This document shows, one piece after another, positions 10,213 through 19,501 of a DNA stretch of 64,000 nucleotides (position 1 is the stretch's first letter; every line of letters begins with the position of its first letter). The translations under genes and the position numbers were made by a program. Origin of the DNA: a virus. Below the pieces are notes generated by a model, which worked only from the letters and a program-made list of their open reading frames with translations, was not told the origin of the DNA and did not search any database. The DNA lies in IMG/VR virus record IMGVR_UViG_3300023110_000024, positions 12,602 to 76,601 of that record. One strand, given 5' to 3'.

Positions 10213-10653
10213 TTATTTAGTGTAACGTCCGGTGTGGAACATATCATTTTCGGTTACTACACGAAATGTCATTCCTTGTTGTTTGCAATATTGTCTAGCA
10301 ACTTGCCATTTAGCTTGATTGACTATTAGGTGCATCTGATTTCGTTTGCTTCTGCCAACTCGTTCTTGTATTGCTTGGTTAGCAGGTTTGACTTCTATTA
10401 ATTCTGTTTTGACGTTGCCTTCTTTGTCTTGATACTGTATTAGAAAGTCTGGTACATATACGGTATGTTTTCCTGTAACAGGATTTTGGTATGGTAAGCG
10501 TATTGGTTCTGAGGACCATTTTGTTACTGAGGTGTGATTATCACAGAAGCGCATAAATTGCAATTCCCAACCACTGCGATATGTTGGTAATGTGTTACCT
10601 AGGTATTTGTCTGGATTTGCGAGCTGATATCTGCCCTTAAGATACTTCCCCAT
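10213..10653 (-). CDS. gp4: Head completion nuclease (T4 gp4-like, TnsA-like PD-(D/E)XK fold)
   Basis: NPDKYLG, YRSGWE, WSSEPIRLPY, YVPDF, LIEVKP, NQAKW and FRVVTE motifs. Confidence 0.9.
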   Translation of the reverse strand: MGKYLKGRYQLANPDKYLGNTLPTYRSGWELQFMRFCDNHTSVTKWSSEPIRLPYQNPVTGKHTVYVPDFLIQYQDKEGNVKTELIEVKPANQAIQERVGRSKRNQMHLIVNQAKWQVARQYCKQQGMTFRVVTENDMFHTGRYTK

Positions 10654-11140
10654 CGTTCTGCGTCAATAATATTTTTTGTCCTTGCACAATACCTATTCTT
10701 TGATTTGAGGTATTAGATACGGCGTTAAAATTTAATGCTGATAGTTTGTCAGGATTTGTAATAGTATCACCGATATTTCTTTCTTCATTTTTCATAGTTT
10801 TAGGTTTTTGTCTAAAACCTAACTGAGAAATTTTATCTCTATTTGTATTAAGAATTTTTAAAACAATATTGTTTAGTTCTAGTTTTGTATATCCTTTTAA
10901 TGAATCTAATAATTTAAATATTTTTATATTTTCCATTTTAGCTTGTGCTAATAATACTTGTCCAATAGTAGTGGCAGATGACTTATCAAAGCCACGCTTT
11001 TCAAAAAAGCCAATCACTGCATCAAAATCATTAGACGCAAATTCTAATCTTTGTTTGAATTTGTTATCAAAAAATGCTATAATTTTTTGATCATCTGATA
11101 AAGAGCTTTGTGGTAAATCTGTTCGTGCTACTGCTTCCAT
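10637..11140 (-). CDS. Hypothetical protein (tail module)
   Basis: 167-aa ORF overlapping or coupled to both neighbours; no recognised motif. Confidence 0.6.
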   Translation of the reverse strand: MEAVARTDLPQSSLSDDQKIIAFFDNKFKQRLEFASNDFDAVIGFFEKRGFDKSSATTIGQVLLAQAKMENIKIFKLLDSLKGYTKLELNNIVLKILNTNRDKISQLGFRQKPKTMKNEERNIGDTITNPDKLSALNFNAVSNTSNQRIGIVQGQKILLTQNDGEVS

Positions 11141-12324
11141 TAATCATCTCCAAAAAATCCGCCTTCGCCGCTTACTACATTATCATATAGTCCGCCAAGT
11201 CCTTCATTAACCATTCCGCCTACTTCTTGCATAACACCTGCTTCTGTTAGTTTTCCAGCATTTTTCAAAATATTTACACCGCCAATAATAGCACCTAATA
11301 TATTAGGTGATTTTGGAACTCCGCCTTTAGTATAATCAAATAACTCATTTCTTCCATCGTCGCCGCCGCCTCCGCCGCCGCCAGTAAATGAGTTTATAAT
11401 ATCACCTGCTCCTCCAATGATACTTTTTAGACTTACGCCCCCGCCACCATATATACTATTTGGACTTGGTGTTACATCATAATGTGTAAGATTTCCAAAT
11501 CCTTTTGGTGAAGTTCCTGATAAACCTTTGCCTGCTTGTGTAGCACCACGCTCGATCCATACAGTCTCATAATTGAATGTTGCTCGCAATTCATTTACAC
11601 TATTATCGTTACTCGCCGCATCACCAAAATCCCAGCCAGTAAGTATTGGATTGATTATTTGAAATTGTGTATATGTATGGCGAGTCATTTGGCTAATTTG
11701 AATGCTTTTGAAAAACGGATTCTCAGCACCAGCATTTAAACCGTGTAGTGTTTTGTTCATAGCAGCATTTTTATAAGTATTGTCTCCCAGCCTCATTGCA
11801 CCTGATAGTGCCATCTCTTCTGCTTGTGGGTTATATATACTTGCTGCGCCTGTTCCAGTAGCAGCTCCTGGAAAGTTTTTATTATAAAACGTAGATACAA
11901 CATCTTTCCAACCATCGGCATAATAATATTTGAAGTATGCCTCAAGCATACCTGTCATCATACCTAAGTTATCATCATGGAAAGTCATATCAATAGCATT
12001 ATAACGAATGCCTGTTTGGACGTGTTTAGTTCTGTTATATTTCTTTTTAGTCTCTATGTCAATCTCCATAGCAGGAAGTCTAACAGATTTAACCATCAAG
12101 CCAGACTCTAAAGTATGTCGATCTTTCCAAGTTAACAGAATTTTGTCCATAGTGTTTGGTGAAAACTCAAAAAACACATGGTATAAGAACTTTACTTTAG
12201 GTGCTAATCTAAACTGATTAGCAACAAAAGTTCTAGAGGCATGACGATAATCAGCTAAATTCCCTTTGGGATTTAGAGTTCCACTGATTAGATTGTCAAA
12301 AAATCCGTTAAAAATATTGCTCAT
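11140..12324 (-). CDS. Tail tube-fold protein (gp54/gp48-like tube initiator)
   Basis: VKSVRLP...KKYNRTKHVQTGIRYNAIDMTFHDD parallels the adjacent tube protein (VIDVSRP...VYNSKVNLAGKHSWESLSVNLRED). Confidence 0.65.
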   Translation of the reverse strand: MSNIFNGFFDNLISGTLNPKGNLADYRHASRTFVANQFRLAPKVKFLYHVFFEFSPNTMDKILLTWKDRHTLESGLMVKSVRLPAMEIDIETKKKYNRTKHVQTGIRYNAIDMTFHDDNLGMMTGMLEAYFKYYYADGWKDVVSTFYNKNFPGAATGTGAASIYNPQAEEMALSGAMRLGDNTYKNAAMNKTLHGLNAGAENPFFKSIQISQMTRHTYTQFQIINPILTGWDFGDAASNDNSVNELRATFNYETVWIERGATQAGKGLSGTSPKGFGNLTHYDVTPSPNSIYGGGGVSLKSIIGGAGDIINSFTGGGGGGGDDGRNELFDYTKGGVPKSPNILGAIIGGVNILKNAGKLTEAGVMQEVGGMVNEGLGGLYDNVVSGEGGFFGDD

Positions 12325-12338
12325 AGTATTTCAATATA

Positions 12339-12357
12339 GGGGGAGAAAACTCTCCCC
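12339..12357 (-). terminator. Stem-loop after the tail tube gene
   Basis: ggggaga/tctcccc 7-bp stem directly after the gp19 stop; weak U-tract. Confidence 0.5.
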
Positions 12358-12363
12358 AATATA

Positions 12364-12993
12364 TTAGATACCGCCACCTGTAGCAAGAGTGCTAATAGTT
12401 CTACCAACATTAGTTCCAATACCGCCAGCCGAAATAGGCGACTGAATTGCGTTATCAAATCTAATAGTCAATGCTATTTGCACTACATCTGAGGTAGCGT
12501 AGTTCAGCGTGTTGTAGTTGGCACTTTCCAAAAAGCATCCGTAAAGTTCAAAAGTTTCCAATACAGTTGCTGCATGTGCGCCATTACCACCGTCAAGTAT
12601 TTCGATAGTCATTGTAAACTTATAATCTAAACCTGAGGCAGCACTTGATTGCTCATAGAAATCTAATTGTTTCTGTAGTTGCTCGCCAACAAGTTTTTGA
12701 ACATTGTTGTTTACATCTTCACGCAAGTTAACTGAAAGTGATTCCCAGCTATGCTTGCCTGCTAAATTTACCTTTGAGTTGTACACATCGACTGTGATAG
12801 GCTCAAATGATACAGAAGGACGACTAACATCAATTACTTGTTTTGTCAATTCTGTTGTTGGAGTTGAAACTCCAAAGTTGTTAAATGTTACCCTAAACCG
12901 ATATTGTAGTTTGGGCATCAACAGCCCTTGAGCGCTGGGCGAATCGCCCGTCGCTAATGGTACTGTCATTCTTGATAATGTTGCTATAGACAT
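12364..12993 (-). CDS. gp19: Tail tube protein (gp19-like)
   Basis: 209 aa directly downstream of the sheath; PKLQYRFRV, AGKHSWE, DYKF..IEILDG and LTIRFDNA tube motifs. Confidence 0.88.
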   Translation of the reverse strand: MSIATLSRMTVPLATGDSPSAQGLLMPKLQYRFRVTFNNFGVSTPTTELTKQVIDVSRPSVSFEPITVDVYNSKVNLAGKHSWESLSVNLREDVNNNVQKLVGEQLQKQLDFYEQSSAASGLDYKFTMTIEILDGGNGAHAATVLETFELYGCFLESANYNTLNYATSDVVQIALTIRFDNAIQSPISAGGIGTNVGRTISTLATGGGI

Positions 12994-13026
12994 CTAAATG
13001 ACTCCTAACTATAAGTATTTATGCTT

Positions 13027-16000
13027 TTATAAACCTGCGATTTCGCCAGTATTTTTAATCCTAATAGGAATGTAAATAAACTCAATTGCTTTGACAGGCT
13101 CAATAGCTATATCTACATATAGTTCGTTCCTATCAATCCTTGCGGGAGTGTTATTGGATTCATCACATACTACAAGATAATCATACAAAGCTCTCAAACC
13201 AACAAGTTCAAGTAGCATAGTTTCTACTTGTTGTTTGATCTCATCACGAGTAATTTTATCGTTTGGTTCAAACAAGTATGGTTTAGCAAGAACTCTTAGT
13301 TGGCTACGCAAGTAAATAATCAATCGTGCTACGTTGATTCTATCAAGTGCGCTAGCTACAAGTTGTCGAGTCTTTTGTCCAAAACATACAAGTCCAGCAC
13401 CAGTTACAAATGTAATTGGGTTAACATTGTTGCTATACAATGTATCACGCATACCTTCGTTCAATGCTACACTACGGAATTCGCCTTCCTCTGTAATATA
13501 ACCTGAGCTTGTTGCGTTTGTAATGTTACCACGTCTTGTTCCAGCTGGAGCAAACCATGGATAACTAACTTGATCAGATAAAGCAATAGTTCGCATCATC
13601 ATATGACTTGCTGGAACTACTACATTGTTACCAAAGTTATCGCTTGTAAATCCTGAAGGATAATACACTGCCATATATGGATCAGTTGATACTAAACCGT
13701 TATCATTATCTTCTACTGCAAGATTTTGATTTGTTGCCCATTGTTGTAGTACCGTAGCGTTCGCCGGAAGTCTGAAAGGCGAGTCACCAATAATAAATGC
13801 TGTTAGTCCTCTGTCATAGTTTAGTGAGTTCATCTCACCAATAAGTTCTGAATAACCTGGACATGCCATTAGGTTAAACAGTTTTGATTCGTCATCACGG
13901 ATCTCTTCGTTTGAGTTAACCAATGCTTGTAGTTTTTGAACTACTACTTTTCTCTGAGCTTTTCGTCCAAATGATCCTGAACCATCTACTTGGTTACCTG
14001 ATTCAGTTACCCATCTGTCTCGGAAGTAAGCACCAATACTTTCATCGCCCATTGGTTGATCGTTGTATCGTGTATTCTTATCAACATAATCAATATAATT
14101 TTTCTCATATCGTTTTACATTGAAGCCACTTCGTCGAAGATTAAACAGCAGCATTCCTTTTGGGTATAGTGCTGGATCTGGTGAGTCTGGATCAACATAG
14201 TCTGTTGTAATCATTTCAGAAATTTCACCGGGCTCATCGCTATTGTCGCCGCGTGTATTGTATCTTGCATCAGCAAATAAAATACCTTCCTCAGTTGTTT
14301 GATCTGATGTATCAACTTGGAACCATCGATTCTTTACTGGCAAGTCAGTTCTTTCTCCGTTATATTTGTATAACAACGGATAGTTTTCTAAATCGGAAGT
14401 GTCAATCCATAAATCACCTGTTACAAGAGGAGTTCCATCTTCTTGTGTTTCTGGCGCTGACGCCATTACAAGAGGACCCATTGGATCTGGTTGTAAGTGA
14501 TCATCAACATTATAGTATGGTGATGGACGTGGGCTCATTCCTGATTTTCCATCATATAAATAACCTACAAACTCGTGTCCGTTATGTACTAAAATATCTA
14601 CTTCATCTACAATAGAGTTATACCAAAGTGCTCCATGAAGTGTAGCATTTTTAATTTCTCTATTTTCAGCTTGATACTTCAATACATTCCAAAGGCTTCC
14701 GCGCATTTCTTTAACGGATGATGTGTCGTCTGTTCCTTGTTCCCAATACAAGTTTAGAGCGCCTGTGCTTCCGTTATATGGAACAAACCCAGCTTGAGCT
14801 AAAATATTGTCGCCCATTGTATTTGAATCATATTGGAATTTAATTTCACCACCTAATGAATGCTCAATTACTACTTTGTTATGAATGTTTACACGAGCGC
14901 TGACATTTGGAACATTGGAGTCATTAATAGCCGCAGCCAATAAGTTAGCATCAGTAAATTCTCCATCATAATTTGCAGTAACTAATACCCAAGGGCTGAA
15001 CTCAAGCATAGCAGCATCAGTTGATGCAATCTTAAATGAGTGCGTTCCTACTGATAATACATCTTTATTAATCTTTGCGCCAGAGATGGAAGTAGGTGCT
15101 ACTGAGTCACGTCGATAAAACTTCACTGTTGCCAATGGGCGCTCATCGTTTGCTACGTTAGTAGCAGCATACAAATTGCCAGTTAGCAAGTTAGCGCCGC
15201 CACCTGCTTTATCCATGGAATATAATGCTTCTTCGTGAGAGTCATATAAATTGATATCAACATTATCCCAAAGTTTTGTAGAGTCATTCCATTTTCGAAC
15301 AACGTATTTTGCTCCTAAATTTGGAGTAGTTGTCTTCATCCATACAGATCCAGTTGGGCGTGGAAACTCGTCGTTCATTTTATACTCTGGAATATTTGTA
15401 TGTCGTGAGATTTGGAATTTTGGAATATTATAAAATCCTTGGTTAGTTGCTTCGTTGAAGTCAATACCAAGCCCTTCATCGGACATAGGTCCTAATGGAT
15501 TGTCTGTTCCTGGGATATTGATAAGCTCAATAGTTTCAATTAAGTTTCCAGCTCCGTCAGTTCCATCAGAGTAAATCTCAAGTCGTCCATAAACTTCTTT
15601 AGCACGGATATGTCCTGTTGCTACAAATGCATTTTCAATTTTTGTTACAATTTGAGCAATAGAGTCACCTGTATTGATAGTAATTGGAGTTGGTGTTCCG
15701 TTTACTACAATATTGAATGATCCTGGATTAGATTGATTGAAGATTGGATTGGCTGTAGTTCCTTTGATTACTGGATGGCTCTTAACCCATGCTGGGCTTC
15801 CAACTAATACCCAATTGCCCTCAATATTTCGATAAAAAATTCTGTTTAGTGTAGAGGTTGCTACAGCAGCATAATCGCCTACAGTTCCAATAGATTTTTT
15901 AGGAATATACCCTGCGTAACCATTTATAAAATAGCTACCAGTATTTTCAGTATCACCAACTTCATCAATTGTGATTACTTTTTTATTTTGGAAAACTTGT

Positions 16001-16473
16001 CCACCATCAATAACGGAAGTTCCTTTCCATTCTTGAATACCCCAAAGGCTAATGCTAGTATCAAACCAATATGATCCATCTGACGGATCACCACCTGGAG
16101 CATCTGCTTGTGGCTCGAGCTCATTCAAATCAATGTCTGCTCTTGTAATCCATGCTCGGTTAGCTACTCCTAAATATGAGTAGGCTGCTTGTAGTCCGTA
16201 TTCGTTTAGCTCGCTAGCATGAATTGGATTGTTGTTAATATCTGTTTTGAAGATCGGGTCGCCAAATGTATCAACCAAGTCACGTTGCGAAGTTAGCAAG
16301 TATGGAATACCTGCGTTCTTGCTCAGTGTTCCTGGAGCAACACCTGTTCCTGATCCATTAGGTTTGTTTCCAGCGGAAACAACAAAAATCATAGGTAAGG
16401 TACCTGGTTCAGCCGGCGTATAAAAACTTTCGTCAACGACAGTAACCTGTACACCTGGGGATACTAATGCCAT
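13027..16473 (-). CDS. gp18: Contractile tail sheath protein (gp18-like) with large insertions
   Basis: MALVSPGVQVTVVDES N-terminus; PWFAPAGTRRG, NVNPI, GQKT, ALDRINVARL, FEPND, CDESNNTP and IEPVKAIEFIYI C-terminal motifs. Confidence 0.96.
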   Translation of the reverse strand: MALVSPGVQVTVVDESFYTPAEPGTLPMIFVVSAGNKPNGSGTGVAPGTLSKNAGIPYLLTSQRDLVDTFGDPIFKTDINNNPIHASELNEYGLQAAYSYLGVANRAWITRADIDLNELEPQADAPGGDPSDGSYWFDTSISLWGIQEWKGTSVIDGGQVFQNKKVITIDEVGDTENTGSYFINGYAGYIPKKSIGTVGDYAAVATSTLNRIFYRNIEGNWVLVGSPAWVKSHPVIKGTTANPIFNQSNPGSFNIVVNGTPTPITINTGDSIAQIVTKIENAFVATGHIRAKEVYGRLEIYSDGTDGAGNLIETIELINIPGTDNPLGPMSDEGLGIDFNEATNQGFYNIPKFQISRHTNIPEYKMNDEFPRPTGSVWMKTTTPNLGAKYVVRKWNDSTKLWDNVDINLYDSHEEALYSMDKAGGGANLLTGNLYAATNVANDERPLATVKFYRRDSVAPTSISGAKINKDVLSVGTHSFKIASTDAAMLEFSPWVLVTANYDGEFTDANLLAAAINDSNVPNVSARVNIHNKVVIEHSLGGEIKFQYDSNTMGDNILAQAGFVPYNGSTGALNLYWEQGTDDTSSVKEMRGSLWNVLKYQAENREIKNATLHGALWYNSIVDEVDILVHNGHEFVGYLYDGKSGMSPRPSPYYNVDDHLQPDPMGPLVMASAPETQEDGTPLVTGDLWIDTSDLENYPLLYKYNGERTDLPVKNRWFQVDTSDQTTEEGILFADARYNTRGDNSDEPGEISEMITTDYVDPDSPDPALYPKGMLLFNLRRSGFNVKRYEKNYIDYVDKNTRYNDQPMGDESIGAYFRDRWVTESGNQVDGSGSFGRKAQRKVVVQKLQALVNSNEEIRDDESKLFNLMACPGYSELIGEMNSLNYDRGLTAFIIGDSPFRLPANATVLQQWATNQNLAVEDNDNGLVSTDPYMAVYYPSGFTSDNFGNNVVVPASHMMMRTIALSDQVSYPWFAPAGTRRGNITNATSSGYITEEGEFRSVALNEGMRDTLYSNNVNPITFVTGAGLVCFGQKTRQLVASALDRINVARLIIYLRSQLRVLAKPYLFEPNDKITRDEIKQQVETMLLELVGLRALYDYLVVCDESNNTPARIDRNELYVDIAIEPVKAIEFIYIPIRIKNTGEIAGL

Positions 16474-16576
16474 ATTTTATCTCCTCATAGGCTTAAAAAA
16501 TAAATCGCTAACTGTATTTAGCATATACCCGTAAATCTAGGCTGTTACAAACCATCGAAAAGGACAACGAAAAGGA

Positions 16577-16584
16577 TATAAATA
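16577..16584 (+). promoter_or_regulatory. T4-type late promoter TATAAATA
   Basis: Perfect T4 late consensus 5 nt upstream of ATG 16590; a divergent TAAATA at 16515-16520 serves the sheath gene. Confidence 0.7.
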
Positions 16585-16589
16585 TTTGC

Positions 16590-16943
16590 ATGGAACGCAA
16601 AACACGGCCCTTATGTGAGAGTTGTAACTCTCAGCCGGCAGGAATCAATTATTATAAAGAAGGAAAAGCATACTATCGCAGGAAATGCGACAAGTGTTTG
16701 CGACAAACAAATAAGACTAGGGCTCCTTTTTGGAAGCGAGCTGGCTATGAGATGAAGAATTATTGTGAGAAGTGTAGCTACAAAAGCAATCACGCAGAGC
16801 AGTTCAATGTATTTCACATCGACGGAGATCTTACAAATTGTAAAATAAAAAATCTAAAAACTGTCTGCGCTAATTGTCAGAGGATATTGCACAAAGAAAA
16901 TATTAGGTGGAAACAAGGAGATTTGATTCCAGATATGATTTGA
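16590..16943 (+). CDS. Zinc-finger HNH endonuclease-like protein
   Basis: Four CxxC pairs; HIDGDLTNCKIKNLKTVCANCQRILH is HNH-like. Confidence 0.7.
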   Translation: MERKTRPLCESCNSQPAGINYYKEGKAYYRRKCDKCLRQTNKTRAPFWKRAGYEMKNYCEKCSYKSNHAEQFNVFHIDGDLTNCKIKNLKTVCANCQRILHKENIRWKQGDLIPDMI

Positions 16944-17499
16944 GCATATTGAGATCTCCATTGTTATTCACAATAGAATCCATTTTACTTGTAGCCCAGT
17001 TCCATTCTGAAGGATGAATATTATCAGGTATAATGTTTAGCTTTGTATAGTGCGTAAACCAAACAGGATCGTTCCCACGCTTTATACGCCAAATATTTCC
17101 TCCTAGTCCTTTAATCATATTAATTTCATTTACAAATCTTACATCAGGTATAACAAAATTTGTATCTCTATTAGATAGTAATTGCTGTTTGACTAGGCTT
17201 ACCCAAATACCATCATAGAATCCTTCTCGCATACACTCTGTTCCATACAGTTGTAATACGAGTCTAGGTGTTACTTCTCTTCCTAGTTCCCTAGTCCAAA
17301 AGAAATCTACTTCCTCACGCCACGCACGTGACTCAGGTGTATCACCCTCAAGCATTTGTCTGTCCCAGCCAAACATAGCTGAGACACCATCTTTTAGTTT
17401 ATCCGCGAATGAAATTTTTGTAAAGTTGTGTTCTTTGACTAGAATGTCTGCTACAGTTCCTTTGCCGGAACCAATTAAACCACATAGGCCTATTATCAT
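16903..17499 (-). CDS. gp1: Deoxynucleoside monophosphate kinase (T4 gp1-like)
   Basis: IIGLCGLIGSGKGT P-loop; SFADKLK, TPRLVLQLYGTE, IPDVRFVNE and HPSE motifs. Confidence 0.92.
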   Translation of the reverse strand: MIIGLCGLIGSGKGTVADILVKEHNFTKISFADKLKDGVSAMFGWDRQMLEGDTPESRAWREEVDFFWTRELGREVTPRLVLQLYGTECMREGFYDGIWVSLVKQQLLSNRDTNFVIPDVRFVNEINMIKGLGGNIWRIKRGNDPVWFTHYTKLNIIPDNIHPSEWNWATSKMDSIVNNNGDLNMLKSYLESNLLVST

Positions 17500-17500
17500 T

Positions 17501-18259
17501 TTATCCTATTAAGAAGCCGTACCCAGTTCCTCCTGCTGTTGCGTCTCCAACCTCTTTCTCAAGTTTTTCCATTTCTTGTTGTGCTTCAGCTTTGAGTGCA
17601 TCGCCATTTAGTGTACCACCTCCTTGTGGTCCTGCGATACTAGCAAACTTACTCCTCGCTTCGCCAATCATATATTTGGCTTGTGCAAGTGCGTAACTTT
17701 TGATCCAATAGCCGGATTGGTAGTCGTCTAGCAGTTGTTCTGTGGGACGATAGTTATAACATTTCAACAGTAGTGTTTCGTCGTCCGCCGATGGACGTTG
17801 TAATATAGTTAGCAGTTTTGTGGTCCGGTTCCAATTAAACTCGATAAATCCTCCAAACATTCTACCAGCTAGCTCTTGAAAGCCCGAGTATAATTCAAAT
17901 GTAGCTAAATTGCCTGAGGTTCCTTGCGTGTTCAACAAGTATGTATTTGTCTGTCCTACTTGGAATGGATCAAATCCGCCTGTAGAAGATCCTGAGCGTG
18001 AGGTTAGCCCTCTGCGAAATATGCGTTCTACTTCCATAATCTCTCGTGGAAGTGTGTAGTTGTTTTGATCTCGTATTAGTTGTAAAAAGAAATAAGATTC
18101 TTCAACACTATTATCAGAGCGTTGTCGATATCTATCTAATGCGTTATTTAAAGATATTTCGTAATGCGATGGGTCTAGTTCAACATCAACCATGCCACCG
18201 CCAAGCATATTATAAATGTAATCAAATATATCTTGTCTTGCTGCTCGTAGGTCCTTCAT
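17501..18259 (-). CDS. gp13: Neck protein (gp13-like head-tail adaptor)
   Basis: LGGGMVDVEL, WIKSYALA...GEARSKF, GPQGGGTLNG and C-terminal FLIG. Confidence 0.85.
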   Translation of the reverse strand: MKDLRAARQDIFDYIYNMLGGGMVDVELDPSHYEISLNNALDRYRQRSDNSVEESYFFLQLIRDQNNYTLPREIMEVERIFRRGLTSRSGSSTGGFDPFQVGQTNTYLLNTQGTSGNLATFELYSGFQELAGRMFGGFIEFNWNRTTKLLTILQRPSADDETLLLKCYNYRPTEQLLDDYQSGYWIKSYALAQAKYMIGEARSKFASIAGPQGGGTLNGDALKAEAQQEMEKLEKEVGDATAGGTGYGFLIG

Positions 18260-18276
18260 AAATATTCTCCTACTTG

Positions 18277-18300
18277 TATTTATTTCTATAGCGATAAATA
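18277..18300. promoter_or_regulatory. Back-to-back late promoters for gp13 (-) and gp14 (+)
   Basis: tattta at 18277-18282 and taaata at 18295-18300. Confidence 0.65.
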
Positions 18301-18325
18301 CAATAAATCTTTAAAAGGAATCGTT

Positions 18326-19501
18326 TTGCCCAGACTAAGTTTATACAAACCCGAACGTGGGAAAGATTATCAGTTTATTGACGATAGAATCTTTGAGATG
18401 TTTACTGTTGGTGGGACTGATGTAAATTTACATTTACTGTTAGGAACAACTAATCCAACAGATGAGGATGCTACTGCTACAACACCTCAATATGATGAAA
18501 TGAGTGTAACAAATATTCAAGACTTATTATTTTTAGAAAATAGAGATAGAAAGTATGAAGAAAATATTTATACCATTCGTGGGATTTATAATTTACAAGA
18601 TTTAGAATTCAACTTATCCCAGTTTGGTATGTTCCTAAGTAACGACATGCTGTTTCTAACTATTCATATGAATAGTACAGTAAAAACATTGGGTAGAAAA
18701 ATTGTTATAGGTGATGTTGTAGAACTTCCACATTTGCGAGATGAGTATGCGCTAAATGATTTTCAATATGCTCTTAAAAACTTTTATGTAGTTGAGGATA
18801 TTACACGCCCAGCAGAAGGATATTCGCCAACTTGGTTTCCGCATTTATATAGACTAAAGCTGAAACAAATAGCAGCAGGGCAAGAATTTAAAGATATTGA
18901 TGCTGACTCTACTAGAGAAAAAGAACTTGCTATCAACGAAGCTATTGTACAAGATGCTGAAGCAAATGCATTACTGAGTGGTTATGAGACTCAACATTTC
19001 TTTACATTACAAGTTAATGCTAACGGAGAGCCTGAACTCGTTAGAGCTGATACAACGATGATTGATGCCAGTACACACAAATTAAGTGGATCTATTGATC
19101 ATGTTATGAGAAATCCAGTAAAAGAAGGATACATGGGTTACTTGTTAGGAGACGGAATCCCACCAAATGGATTGCCTTTTGGGTGTGGTATATCATTTCC
19201 ACCTACAGGTATTGACGGTGATTATTGGTTACGAACAGATATGATTCCTAATAGACTGTTTAGATATGATGGAAAACGTTGGATGAAATTTGAGGATAAT
19301 GTGAGAATGACATTGACACCACGTGAAGATAGATATACACAAAAAGGTACATTTATCAATAACACAAATTCTACAGAAATTTGTGGCGAGGATATTCCAG
19401 AACGGCAAAGTTTGAGTAAGGCATTACGCCCTAAAATAGATATGCCACATTTAGATAACCCTGAGGAATGCGATAGTAATACACCAGGGAGGCGCAAATA
19501 A
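18326..19501 (+). CDS. gp14: Neck protein (gp14-like head closure)
   Basis: DLLFLENRDRKY, FNLSQFGMFL and GDVVELPHL motifs; located between gp13 and gp15. Confidence 0.75.
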   Translation: MPRLSLYKPERGKDYQFIDDRIFEMFTVGGTDVNLHLLLGTTNPTDEDATATTPQYDEMSVTNIQDLLFLENRDRKYEENIYTIRGIYNLQDLEFNLSQFGMFLSNDMLFLTIHMNSTVKTLGRKIVIGDVVELPHLRDEYALNDFQYALKNFYVVEDITRPAEGYSPTWFPHLYRLKLKQIAAGQEFKDIDADSTREKELAINEAIVQDAEANALLSGYETQHFFTLQVNANGEPELVRADTTMIDASTHKLSGSIDHVMRNPVKEGYMGYLLGDGIPPNGLPFGCGISFPPTGIDGDYWLRTDMIPNRLFRYDGKRWMKFEDNVRMTLTPREDRYTQKGTFINNTNSTEICGEDIPERQSLSKALRPKIDMPHLDNPEECDSNTPGRRK

